Source: Malacoraja senta
Taxonomy: Eukaryota
Reading direction: 5' to 3'
DNA: 64,000 bases
NCBI GenBank assembly: GCA_038087875.1
Contig: CM075978.1
Location: 102,176,001-102,240,000, forward strand
The first letter of the stretch is position 1. Each line of letters opens with the position of its first letter. Both the position numbers and the translations under genes were made by a program. Shown here one piece after another: positions 50,305 through 62,984 of this stretch. The notes beneath the pieces are model-generated. The model was given only the letters and a program-made list of their open reading frames with translations. It was not told where the DNA came from and ran no database searches.

Positions 50305-52975
50305 CAGAAAAGAAGGACATTAGCTTGGAGGATGTGGAATCGATATGGGTAGAGCTGCGAAACACTAAGGGGCAGAAAATGCTAGTGAGAGTGGTGTACC
50401 GGCCACCTAACAGTAGTAGTGGAGTTGGGGATGCCATCAAACAGGAAATTAGAAACGCGTGCAACAAAGGTAAAACCATTATAATGGATGACTTCAATCT
50501 ACATATAGATTGGGTGAATCAAATTGGCAGGGGTGCTGAGGAAGAGGATTTCTTGGAATGTATGCGGGATAGTTATCTAAACCAACATGTAGAAGAACCA
50601 ACGAGAGAGCAGGCTATTCTAGACTGGGTATTGAGTAATGAGGAAAGGTTAGTTAGCAGTCTTGTTGTGCGTGGCCCCTTGGGCAAGAGTGACCATAATA
50701 TGGTTGAGTTCTTCATTAGGATGGAGAGTGACATTGTTAATTCAGAAACAAAGGTCCTGAACTTAAAGAAAGGTGACTTTGAGGGTATGAGATGTGAATT
50801 GGCCAAGATAGACTGGCCAATGATTCTTAAAGGGTTGACGGTGGATATGCAATGGAAGGCATTTAAAAACTGCATGGATGAACTACAACAAGTGTTCATC
50901 ACAGTTTGGCAAAAGAATAAATCAGGGAAGGTAGTGCATCCGTGGATAACAAGGGAAATCAGGGATAGTATCAAAACAAAAGAGGAAGCCTACAAATTAG
51001 CCAGAACAAGCAGCCTACCAGAGGACTGGGAGAAATTCAGAGTCCAGCAGAGGAGGACAAAAGGTTTAATTAGGAAAGGGAAAATAGATTATGAAAGAAA
51101 ACTGGCATGGAACATAAAAACTGACTGCAAAAGTTTTTATAGATATGTCAAGAGGAAAAGATTAGTTAAAACAAATGTAGGTCCCTTGCAGTCAGAAACA
51201 GGCGAATTGATCATGGGGAACAAGGACATGGCAGACCAATTGAATAATTACTTTGGTTCTGTCTTCACTAAGGAAGACATAAATAATCTGCCAGAAATAG
51301 CAAGGGACCGGGGGTTAAATGAGATGGAGGAACTGAGTGAAATCCAGGTTAGCCGGGAAGTGGTGTTAGATAAATTGAATGGATTAAAGGCCGATAAATC
51401 CCCAGGGCCAGATAAGTTGCATCCCAGAGTACCTAAGGAAGTAGCCGCAGAAATAGTGGATGCATTAGTGATAATTTTTCAAAACTCTTTAGATTCTAGA
51501 GTAGTTCCTGAGGACTGGAGGGTAGCTAATGTAACCCCACTTTTTAAAAAGGGAGGGAGAGAGAAAACGGGCAATTACAGACCAGTTAGTCTAACATCGG
51601 TGGTGGGGAAAATTCTGGAGACAGTTATTAAAGATGGGATAGCAGAACATTTGGAAAGTGGTGAGTTCATTGGACAAAGTCAGCATGGATTTATGAAAGG
51701 TAAATCATGTCTGACGAATCTTATAGAATTTTTCGAGGATGTAACTAGTAGAGTGGATAAGGGAGAACCAGTGGATGTGTTATATCTGGACTTTCAGAAG
51801 ACTTTCGACAAGGTCCCACATAAGAGATTAGCATACAAACTTAAAGCACATGGTATTGGGGGTTCAGTATTGATGTGGATAGAGAACTGGCTGGCAGACA
51901 GGAAGCAAAGAGTGGGAGTAAACGGGTCCTTTTCAGAATGGCAGGCAGTGACTAGTGGGGTACCGCAAGGCTCAGTGCTGGGACCCCAGCTATTTACAAT
52001 ATATATTAATGATCTGGATGAGGGAATTGAATGCAACATCTCCAAGTTTGCGGATGACATGAAGCTGGGGGCAGTGTTAGCTGTGAGGAGGATGCTAGGA
52101 GGCTGCAAGGTGACTTGGATAGGTTGGGTGAGTGGGCAAAGGCATGGCAGATGCAGTATAATGTGGATAAATGTGAGGTTATCCACTTTGGTGGCAAAAA
52201 CAGGAAAGTAGACTATTATCTGAATGGTGGCCGATTAGGAAAAGGGGAGATGCAACGAGACCTGGGTGTCATGGTACACCAGTCATTGAAAGTAGGAATG
52301 CAGGTGCAGCAGGCAGTGAAGAAAACAAATGGTATGTTAGCATTCATAGCAAAAGGATTTGAGTATAAGAGCAGGGAGGTTCTACTGCAGTTGTACAGGG
52401 TCTTGGTGAGACCACACCTGGAGTATTGCGTACAGTTTTGGTCTCCTAATCTGAGGAAAGACATTCTTGCCATAGTGGGAGTACAGAGAAGGTTCACCAG
52501 ACTGATTCCTGGGATGGCAGGACTTTCATATGAGGAAAGACTGGATAAACTCGGCTTGTACACGTTGGAATTCAGAAGACTGAGGGGGGATCTTATAGAA
52601 ACTTACAAAATTCTTAAGGGGTTGGACAGGCTAGATGCAGGAAGATTATTCCCGATGTTGGGGAAGTCCAGAACTAGGGGTCACAGTTTAAGGATAAGAG
52701 GGAAGACCTTTAGGTCCGAGATGAGGAAATCATTTTTTACACAGAGAGTGGTGAATCTGTGGAATTCTCTGCCACAGAAGGTAGTTGAGGCCAGTTCATT
52801 GGCTATATTTAAGAGGGAGTTAGATGTGGCCCTTGTGGCTAAAGGGATCAGGGGGTATGGAGAGAAGGCAGGGATGGGATACCGAGTTGGATGATCAGCC
52901 ATGATCGTATCAAATGGCGGTGCAGGCTCGAAGGGCCGAATGGCCTACTCCTGCACCTATTTTCTATGTTTCTAT
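50305..52975 (+). mobile_element. CR1 LINE, nearly full ORF2 (APE C-terminus plus RT) with one frameshift
   Basis: [22 protein letters not shown] and KFADD motifs; frameshift near 52070; 3' tail (TTTCTATG)n. Confidence 0.95.
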
Positions 52976-54461
52976 ATTGTCCCAATTGAACACCCTATCC
53001 TTCTCTCATACCAAAGCTCCTTTTTAAAAAATTGAAAGGTTCTGCCGTCACCCAGTTCCATTACGACTTGTCCTGTCACAACCAGAGAAACTTCTATAAT
53101 GACTTTTCCAATTAAATTGGGGTGGCAAATTTACTGTTCATCCACCATAAAAGTTAATTTCCATGCACATTATTCGCCTCTTTTCTTGACCAATACTTCA
53201 AAGTGACACTGACTGTTTGCCTTGATACCCTACTGGAACCTCGGTGAATGCCAGTTTCAAATTATAACTCCTCTTGCCTTAGTCCTAGCCTCATTTGGTC
53301 CCTGCTGTATGAACAAAATATTCCATATTTTTGTTTTATCTACATTGTGCAATGTTTCCATTGCCCTCTGGGCTCTTTCTCTTCATTAATATGAATGCAT
53401 CTAAAACTCTGCTACCAATATTCTACCTGAATCCAAGTCCCATTAACGATGACAATATTAAAGAAAGAATGATCCGCTAATTGATCCACTAATGCTATGA
53501 TTTTTAGCATTTTTATCCTTGTTTTCCAATCCATCCATGGTCTTGTTCCTTAACCTTCTCTAATCCTATAACTTCTCTTGTACACTTTCTACTTATTTCA
53601 CAGCATCTTTGGAGGTCATGACCTTCGCCATCCCATCTCTAAATTATCTCAAGTTTCAAATCTTTCCTCAAGCCTCCCTCTGTGACCTTTCTATCAATCT
53701 CCATCTATAAGTTGACGTCAGTTATTCCATATCTAGGTAGATTTACCTGTGTTTAAGGAGTTGTTGCAATTTGTTGTTGTAAGCAAATTATTAAAATAAG
53801 CTGTCAGCCAAAATGGTTGGTTTGGTGTAACTGCAGAGTTGAAAGTAGGTAATTGGTAAATGCAGCATATTTCTGATTTGGAACCTGTTGTTTGGTCTCA
53901 TTGATGTTTAAGAAGTTCATTCATTTTACTAGCCATTTAACTGTATTTATTGGAGTCCTGCCTAAACAGCCCTCAATTTGTTGTGTTGTAAAAATGGCTT
54001 GAAAACTATTTCTTTCTTTCCAAAGTTTCCTGCTTGCTATTTATCTTCTGTTTAAAGTTCAATATAGGAAGTGGATGAATATCAACCTGTCTAAGAGTTG
54101 TAAATGTTTATAATTTTAGTTTAATAGCATTAGCTAATTCAAAGTTTATCCATATAATTCCCCCATCGTACTCTTTGAACTCTAGAGGCTTATAACACAT
54201 TTATTTGTTCATATTTTCACTCAGTTATACATTTAGGGCCTAAAGTAAGATCAGAGAGACAATGTGTTATAAACCAAATGAGTTCCTGAGAGGTGGGAAT
54301 TATTTGGAAACGAATAGGTGATAACATATAATTATTTAGTAATGTCTGAAAGTGTTTGAAAACTGAGAGGGAACAAGCTATGTTCCATGTAGTTTGTTCC
54401 ATTTGGATTTAAGATGATAGATTATTTTGTGTGATTACATCTCTTTAAAAATCTGATTTAG

Positions 54462-54575
54462 ATTCTGAAAAGAAAAATAAGGGGAAGAAATTAAAGATGA
54501 AATGCAAAAACAAAATCAATTCAGCTGACCCCGACGATGATTTTTCAAAAAATGTGGATTTAACAGCACCTCTGG
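54462..54575 (+). CDS. ARL13A: ARL13A coding exon 8 (DSEKKNKGKKLKMKCKNKINSADPDDDFSKNVDLTAPL)
   Basis: tttAG acceptor and G|GTAAGG donor; 114 nt, phase 1 to 1. KKLKMK aligns with ARL13B KKLRMK. Confidence 0.78.
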
Positions 54576-54749
54576 GTAAGGGCCAACACATAGTCAGAAT
54601 CCAGTAGTTTGAGTTAAATGTCTAATTAAATGCACAAAAAGTGAATCAAGTATGTCCACTAGAACTCTAAACATTTTAAGATGAGGGAAGTAAAATTTAA
54701 TAGGAACCTGAGGGGCAACATTTTACACAAAGGATGGTATTATATGATG

Positions 54750-56332
54750 CATGGCAGATGCAGTATAATGTGGATAAATGTGAGGTTATCCACTTTGGTG
54801 GCAAGAACAGGAAGGCAGATTATTTGACAGAATGGTGTCAAATTAGGAAAAAGGGAGGTTCAATGAGACTGGGTGTCCTTGTACATCAGTCACTGAAGGT
54901 AAGCATGCAGGTACAGCAGGCAGTGAAGAAAGCTAATGGCATGTTGGCCTTCATTGCTAGAGGATTTGAGTTTAGGAGCATGGAGGTCCTACTGCAGTTG
55001 TACAGGGCCCTGGTGAGACCACACATGTAGTATTGTGTGCAGTTTTCATCTACTAATTTGTGGAAGGACATTCTTGCTATTGAGGGAGTGCCGCGTAGGT
55101 TCACTGACATATGAGGGAAGAATGGGTCGACTGGTGTTGTATTCACTGGAATTTAGAAGGATGAGAGGAGATCTTATATAAAATTCTTAAGGGATTGGAC
55201 AGGCTAGATGCAGGAAAAATGTACCCTATGTTGGGGGAGTCCAGAACTCTAAATATGCTCTTCTAAAGATTACCCCCCTAGTCTAGTTCAGTAAAAAAAC
55301 ACTGACTCAAGCACTGGACCAACTAAACTTTATTTTTAGAACGAACAACAAATTCCCCTATATGATACCTAAACCACCGCGGGTTCGATCCTTGTCTCTG
55401 CCTGGCCAAGCCCCTCAGCCTCTGCAAGCAAACACTGCCCAAAAGGTCACACAGTCCCAAGCGCCCTTTCAGAAGATCAACAGCGATCCAAAATGGGGCT
55501 ACCTTTTATAGGTCCACGAACCTTGAGGGGCCAAACTACATAGGGGTGGTCCCCTTACAATCCAATCAAACATATTAATTACATCAATACATTATTGACA
55601 GTTCCCCAATCCAATTACAGAGAGACTAAAACAATGTTTCTTGCAGAAGCTTCTGGATAATGCAACATTTACCCTGGAACTCAAAACAATTCTGCCAGGG
55701 CTTAACACTTTGGCCAATCAACAAACAGCAGGGTAACTGTCTTGCAACATTATTTACATTATTTACAATCCCTGTGCAGCAATCCAATGAAACTCATGCA
55801 TTTACAATATTTTGGAGGTCCTCTGCAAGATTCTCATACATATTGACAATTGCAAAGATACTTATACCTTTCTTATCTGCAACATTGATCTGGGACCTAG
55901 ACTTCCTGGCACCAGCCAGCCGCCTGTGGCTTCTTATACAGAAATACAGACTTGACCAAAAAGGCCTTGCAATGCATGAATCCTCTGCTTTATTTTGGCT
56001 CTATTCTGGCTCCATTTTGGCCAGGATTTACAGAACCAGGGGGTCACAGTTTAGGAATAAGGGGAGGCCATTTAGGACTGAGATGAGAAAAAACATTTTC
56101 ACCCAGAGAGTTGTGAATCTGTGGAATTCTCTGCCACTGCAGGCCAATCCACTGGAGGTTTTCAAGAGTTAGATGTAGTTCTTACGGCTAACGGAATCAA
56201 GTGGTATGGGAGAAAATCAGGAATGGGGTACTGATTTTGGATGAACAGCCATGATCATATTGAATGACGGTGCTGGCTCAAAGGGCCGAATGGCCTACTC
56301 CTGCACCTATTTTCTATGTTTCTATGTTTCTA
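54750..56332 (+). mobile_element. CR1 3' fragment interrupted by the solo LTR
   Basis: [29 protein letters not shown] and a (TTTCTATG)n tail. Confidence 0.9.
55248..56032 (-). mobile_element. Solo LTR (785 bp), same family as 38485, inserted in a CR1
   Basis: Homologous to 38485-39256; 4-bp TSD GAAC. CR1 sequence resumes colinearly after it. Confidence 0.85.
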
Positions 56333-58766
56333 TATGGAATAAGCTTCTTATTATTATCAAGTCCACATACAAGATTAGAAGTTGTTCAGTCAGAGCTGAA
56401 CACACTTCTTGGCATCTGCACAATGGTGTCTGTCTTGCGCTTCTTGAGCTTCTTGTGTGTGGTGGTGGAAAGATTGGTGGAAACAGGGCTGCAACGTGAA
56501 TGCTCTTTCCTTGATCCCTGGAATAAGCTGCCAGAAGAGGTAATTGAAGCAGGTACAAAGTTTAAAAAACATTTGGACAAGTACATGGATAGGGTAGGTT
56601 TAAAAGGATATCCATTTAATGATTCCAAATGATAATTGAAACTCCAATCATACTATTTAGCTATACTTGGATTTAGGATATTTATTGATAATGTCCTGAT
56701 GGTTTATTAGAACTCGTCATTAGAAGTTAGCTCTTCTGTATGAATACCTTACCAAAGATTTAGTTGGCATTTGCATTGCTCATGTTGGAATTGAGTCTAG
56801 TAATCAGAAAATCCATAAATCTATTTTCTAAACTTACCTTAGTTTGTTGATTTCAAGCAAGTGGTTCTAATAATTATATCATTGACTTTAACTCGCCAAG
56901 ACTGTATAAATAATCAGTCTTGATTCATGCTTCTTTTGGCATCTAGTTATCTTTGTTGAACAATAAATCTCTAGGTGCTTAGGCAAGGTGTGGACATGAA
57001 AAATATGCAAAGATCTACATCACAGAACCACTTCCTGATACCACTCAAAAACTTTGCCATTCTGTACACACAATTAATCCCAATATTTTGCTGCAAAGGC
57101 TAATATTCTTACATGATTTATTTAATTCAAAACTCCAGCGTGTCACATACCATGACTTCCTTATCATTACCTCCCTCACCAAGACCCCTTACTCCCCACC
57201 TCCATCACATTACCAGCGTTAATAAGTGATAGGAGTAGAATATGGCCATTCAGCCCATCAAGTCTACTGCCATTCAATCATGGCTGATCTATCTCTCCCC
57301 TCCTAACCCCATTCTCCTGCCTTCTCCCCATAACCTCTGACACCTGTACTAATCAAAGATCTATTTATTTCTGCCCTAAAAATATCAACTGACGGCCTCC
57401 ACAGCCTTCTGTGGCAAATAATTCCACAGATTCACCATCTTTTGACTAAAATATCTCGTCGTCTCCTTCTTCTAAAATAATGTTCAGTTCTCGGCACCAA
57501 TGTTGGTACCGAGTCCCACTGTGCCCCAGAACTAACATTCTTTATCAGAGGCAACCCTTCTGTAAAGTATCAACCAAGGTGCTCCCTCTAAATTTGTGAA
57601 GATTTTGTGACTACCGGATAATTGAGCTTTAACTATAATGAAGCATTAAACGAGCAAGTAGAGTTCAGTGTTGCTGCACAAAAATCACTAAAACACTTGA
57701 ATAGTGGCTTCGAACATGGAATGCTATAACACAGGATCGACCCATAATGTCAAAGATTCAAAGGTGCTTTTATTGTCACAGGTGCAAACGCAGTGAAATT
57801 ATTTTCTTACAGACAATCCAGTAAAGTACTGCCATAACTAAGCAAATGCCCGATTAGCAAAGTGAACAGAAATAGTCTACTGAGCCCACATGCAAGAAGC
57901 GCCATGTTTTGGTGCCATTTTCAAAGTCCAGTCCGTGCTCATGGGATAATGAACATTGCCTAGTCCGGGCAAGCCTCGGGCTGCTGCAGGGCCTCCAGCC
58001 ATCACCTTCCTTGAACGTGTGGATCGACCAGCGAACAATGTCCCTCTCCTTGCCTGTCCACCTTGGTGCCCCAGGAGCGTCTCCCACAGGCAACCTTGAG
58101 ATCGCGGTTGGCCAGACCACAGTTCCCTCTCCTACCAGCCTAGCTCTTCGCCCATCAGGTCTGTCATCATCATCGGCTCCATCTCTGGTCTTTGGAGGAC
58201 GAGCATGGGCCGGCTCGGTGGCTCCCTCTCTGCAGGCTACAGTTCACCGGATCTTGTGTTCAACCTAATTTAAAGGACAGGAACATTTCCATCCTTGCAT
58301 CATCCAATTTAGGTACACAGATGCTAATTGTATCTGGCGTCAACAAACTCAGTATTATAGTCCAGAGGATATTAGCTTGGACATCAAGAGGTCCTGTCTT
58401 AAACAATAACCATACAGATCACCTATCATGAGATGGATTCCAGAAATGACTGAACTGTTACTAATGAATATAATATAAATATGAATATAATATTTTAATG
58501 CATATAAATACCTAGGAATTGTATAATATTCTGGTGTTCCCATTTGGTGACTAGTCTCCTGGATATGAATAATTACTGTTCAAACAACATGTAACACAAG
58601 GGACAAGCTAGAAGATTGTAACTTTATAATCAATTCCAATTTTTTTTTGTATATACTTAATTCCTGTGTATATTTTAATTTTATCTATTCAAAGAATGCA
58701 GGGGATTCCATACTTATTTATACTTTAGTTTCTTCTAATCAGTGTTTTCTTTGTATACCCTTTCAG

Positions 58767-58822
58767 ATCTTTACAGGAAAGCACTCCTTGCATTAAAGAC
58801 CAGACCTCGAACTAACAACTGA
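58767..58822 (+). CDS. ARL13A: ARL13A terminal coding exon (DLYRKALLALKTRPRTNN*)
   Basis: ccctttcAG acceptor. DLYRKAL resembles ARL13B DFYRKPL. TGA at 58820-58822. The summed CDS is 1239 nt, or 412 aa plus stop. Confidence 0.8.
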
Positions 58823-59025
58823 ACAATTAATTCAATATGTATTCTGATGAGCTGGGTTCTTCACTCACTTGATATTATTGCATTGTATCAACTGTAGCTG
58901 TCATTTAAAGTCCATGCTTTCTTGAACATTGTTGGACATGTATAGGTACAACGGGAGGTTGTCAGCTAATGTTAAATTATATTTTCTCTGGCATCACGAG
59001 AAAATATTGACAAATTATGAAACTT

Positions 59026-59031
59026 AATAAA
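59026..59031 (+). terminator. Candidate polyadenylation signal of ARL13A
   Basis: AATAAA about 200 nt after the stop codon, followed by a GT/T-rich stretch (cagttttgttttt). Confidence 0.55.
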
Positions 59032-61182
59032 CAAGATCTTTAACAGTTTTGTTTTTATTAATGGAAATACAAGCAACTGCAGGGTCTGAAGAAGGCTCCT
59101 GACCTGAAATGTCACCTGACCATTCCCTCCACAGATACTGCCTGACCCTCTGAGTTACTACAGCACTTTGTATTTTATTTTTATGAATGTCATCAGATAC
59201 TTAGCAGTCTGAGAGACGCATTTATTGCATATTCTTTGTTTCATGCTTAATATATTTAATGGAAACAATCTGACATTTGTACAAATTGTAATGTTAAAGG
59301 TACCTGAGCATCTACTAGGGTCTCAGCCTTTTTTTATTCTAAGCTTAAAGATCATAACAAGTCTGGGATAAACCATGTAGAAAAGAAGGTTCACCTTCTC
59401 AAACCTACTCCCTATCAATGAGATCATGGATGATTTGTATTTCAGCTTCATCAAGTACATCCTGGTCTGTCAAATAGTTAACAATCTTAGACGGTAAATT
59501 ATAAAAGAAGCATTGACAGTTCCTCATTTCTACCATGATTTGCATGAAGAAGTGTTTCCTAATTTCTCTCCTGAATGTTTTAAATTTAAGAGTCCTTGCC
59601 CCAGACCCTACCATCAACGGAAAGAGATTTATTTTCCTCTGTTCTACAGATTCCTTTTAAAAGCCTAACAATGGCAATCGAATCACCAATTTACCTTCTT
59701 TATTATAAATGCATGACCAGTTTCTGTAATCTCTCCTTGGACCCTGGTAACAGTATGACAAATATTCATTGTACTCTTTAAATACCAATACAATTTTATA
59801 GTGGGATAGAACTGTAAATAATACGTCAAATGGAGTCTCATTATAATTTTGTAAAGTTATAGAAACTTACCTCCCCACCCTGTACGACTTGCCAGGCTTT
59901 GCCACATCCCCCCTCTCTTTTCCAGCTTCCCTCTACCCCCCCCCACTTCATCAATAGGAAGAAGGGTCCTGAAACGTTGACTATCCATTCCCCCTACAGA
60001 TGTGCTTGACTTGCTGAGTTCCTCCAGTACTTTGTGGGGGGTTTTCCTCAGTTTTATTTTCAGCCACGAGTTGTAAAGGTTAACATCTCCTGAGTTTTAT
60101 GGATTAGACGTCTTTGGATTTTTTTGTACTTGCCTGTTCCATTTTTTGTGATCTCTATAAAAAGACTCTTAAAACTCTTTGGAATTCCATGTTCCTGTCA
60201 CTTCATTGCTTAAGTAATAGATTGGTTCTTTATCAGTCCAAATAGCATGCTTACCTAAGTTTCATCTATTGTCTCAGTAAATTCAGGTCTTCATTGCCAG
60301 TTGTTCTTGTGCATTTCTATTTGATGCCACCTAAAATCAAAAGTAATAGCAAAGCCCATATCAAAACCCTGAAAATTAAGTTTAGTGGGTTGAACAAAAC
60401 TACAATTTACAAACCATTTTTCATAATTAATGTGTTCCAAATCTGTCAAAAATAGAAAGGATTGAGATGAGCACCATGAAAGAACTTCTATGTTCACAAT
60501 TTCCTGATTTACACAATACTGTATATATTATACAATCTTCTCATTTTTACAGTGAGAACAGACTTTCAGAGATAAGAAAGATTTTCTATTTTTACTTGGT
60601 CACCAATTATGCATCTGAATCAGGGTTGAAGTCCCTCTGAACATTTAGACTGACTACCCTGCAGAACTAAGTAAATGCTGCACCCTCTAAAAGTATTTGA
60701 ATGCATTATCTTTCAGATAAGCAATTAACAAAGGTCATTTCTGTTGGTAAACAATTTTGAGCAGGGAATTCATCTGATTTATTTCCTGAATCAACACTTG
60801 TTTTTGTTGCATTTACTGGAGATTTGCACAAACGTTTGGCCATATTTATAAAAGGCATTTCAAATGATAATTGATTGGAATATCTGTACACATTTTTTTC
60901 TATTCACAGACAAGTTGCTGAACAATTATAGGATGTTCATCTTTTAATTAACAAGTACAATTAGATTATTTGCACCTCCCTTTGTGGTGGGTTAGCTCTA
61001 ATATTAAGGAATTCTGTTTCTTTGTTAAGGGAATTAAAACTATTTTGCCAGAAAAGCATGACATTTTAGCACAGCAGTTTAAAAGATAGGAATTTAATGT
61101 TAATGTTTAATATTTTTAATTATTTTGCTTCTGCATAAAATTGAAATATTTTACTCTGGTCCTATTTTGGATTCCAATTGTT

Positions 61183-61472
61183 TAGACTTTAGAGATATTG
61201 CGCAGAAACAGGCTCTTTGGCCCACTGAGTTAGCATTGACCAGCGATCACCCTATATATTAGCACTATCCTACACACTAGGGACAATTTACAATTTTAAC
61301 CTACAAACCTGTACGTCTTTGGAGTGTGGGAGGAAACCGGAGCACACAGGGAAAGCCGACGCGGCCACAGGGAGAACGTACAAACACTGTATAGACAGGA
61401 CCTGTAGTCAGGATCGAACCCGGGTCTCTGGCTATGTAAGACAGTAACTCTACCGCTGCGCCACTGTGCCAC
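61183..61472 (-). mobile_element. tRNA-derived V-SINE (HE1-like)
   Basis: GTGGCGCAGCGGTAGAG A-box, GGGTTCGATCC B-box and GTGCTCCGGTTTCCTCCCACACTCCAAAGAC V-domain. Confidence 0.85.
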
Positions 61473-62984
61473 ACAAAGTTGATGTCGACATTGATGGCCT
61501 GGACTTTGTGGGAACTCCTGTAAACCATGAACTGACAGATTTTCTACATATACCGCCTGTAATTCTGTGTGGACATCCAGTAGTTCACTCAGTTCAGAGT
61601 GGGAGTGGGAACTGAGGCCAAAAGTATTCATCTGTAATTTCTAGGCTTATCAAATATCTGCTGCAGAAAAGAAAAATAGTCAACATCTCTTTTGTATGAC
61701 CCTCAGGAAAGAATTCTTGATTGTAATGTTATTTCAGATATAGTTTCTGTGTAAAGATATTATTTTCAATATTACTAAACAAATAAATTTAAATCTCTAA
61801 TGGATTGTTAATTTAGGTTATTACAAAGCATTTAAAGGAGATTATGTGTATTTAGAAATTTAAAGTGCTTTTGCAATTACATTTTAAAATATTTTTAAGT
61901 CTTTTAACAATTTAAGTTTTTAATGAGTATTTTACATATTTCAGTCGTGGTATTATTTTGTCTGACATAACAGTTTGATTTTCTCCTTTTAGTCCAAGTG
62001 GCTTGTTATGGTCACTCCATATAATTCCTTTAATCTTTTGCATTCCGGTGGCGTCTGGAAGTTCAACTGGGAGAACTGCAGAAATATTCGGATGTTAATC
62101 ACCATTAATTCCAAATGCTCCAATGTCTCAGCTTTTTTAAATAAAGTATATTAAAATGCTTATCGATCTTATTATATAAATGAAGGAATGTAATTTGATA
62201 TGCTTGGTTTTCTTTAGATGCAGAGGTGTTGTCTGGGCCTTATCCAAGCTCTGGCACAGTATGATCTCCACAATAGATTAGTGCATCATGACTAATTCAA
62301 AATTACTGAGGGGTTTTAAAACCCAAATGTTCATTCCTACACAAGCATTTATTATATATAATGCTAAAGATATATTCTTAATCAGGAGGGTTATAAATAT
62401 TCTATTTCTCTGCAAAAAGATATGGGTAAAATCAAATGAAAATGAGTCAGAGAATGTGATTTCTTTGAATCAATTAGTTGTAATTTGCATAGAATAAAGT
62501 ACATGTAAAAAATTAACTTAAACTTACACAATCTTAATTCTGTCTTAAATTGCATATGAATAATGATATGACTCCAAATGTACCAGCTATTTCCTTATTG
62601 GGTCAAAGATCAGCAATTTAATCTCAGGAAGCAGATTGCATCAAATGTTACGTGCATTTATAGTCCAAATCAGATAGTGTAAGAACATTTTTTTAAAAGA
62701 AATATAATGAGTAACTCACCCTCAAGCCTCCCTGGTATCAACAACACACAATTCAACAGCATGATAAAAGCTGATTGACTAGATTAGTGCAGCTCCACCA
62801 TTACTGAAGAATCTCCACACTACCCTGGATAAGGCGGCCCACTTGATCGGTACCCAGTCCACTGGTTTAAACATTGGGCTAAAGTATCCCAGAACCAGCG
62901 GGTCACAGTTTAAGAATAAGGGGTAGGCCATTTAGGACCGAGAAGAGGAAAAACTTTTTCACCCAGAGAGTTGCGAATATGGAA

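Noticed and set aside
50232-52894. 659-aa and 259-aa ORFs as a host gene
   Set aside because: This is a frameshifted, 5'-truncated CR1 ORF2; the first ~25 residues come from flanking intron.
56975-56987. Micro-exon as the missing ARL13B exon-9 equivalent
   Set aside because: It is 13 nt, which would break the frame, has a weak donor and shows no homology.
18792-58822. Calling the gene ARL13B
   Set aside because: The N-terminus is B-like, but RNVT, AW.NYY..HG, GLRWLL and the loss of RVEP and the proline tract fit ARL13A better. A phylogeny is needed to be sure.
61400-61472. tRNA gene
   Set aside because: The A and B boxes are the head of a V-SINE and do not form a full cloverleaf.
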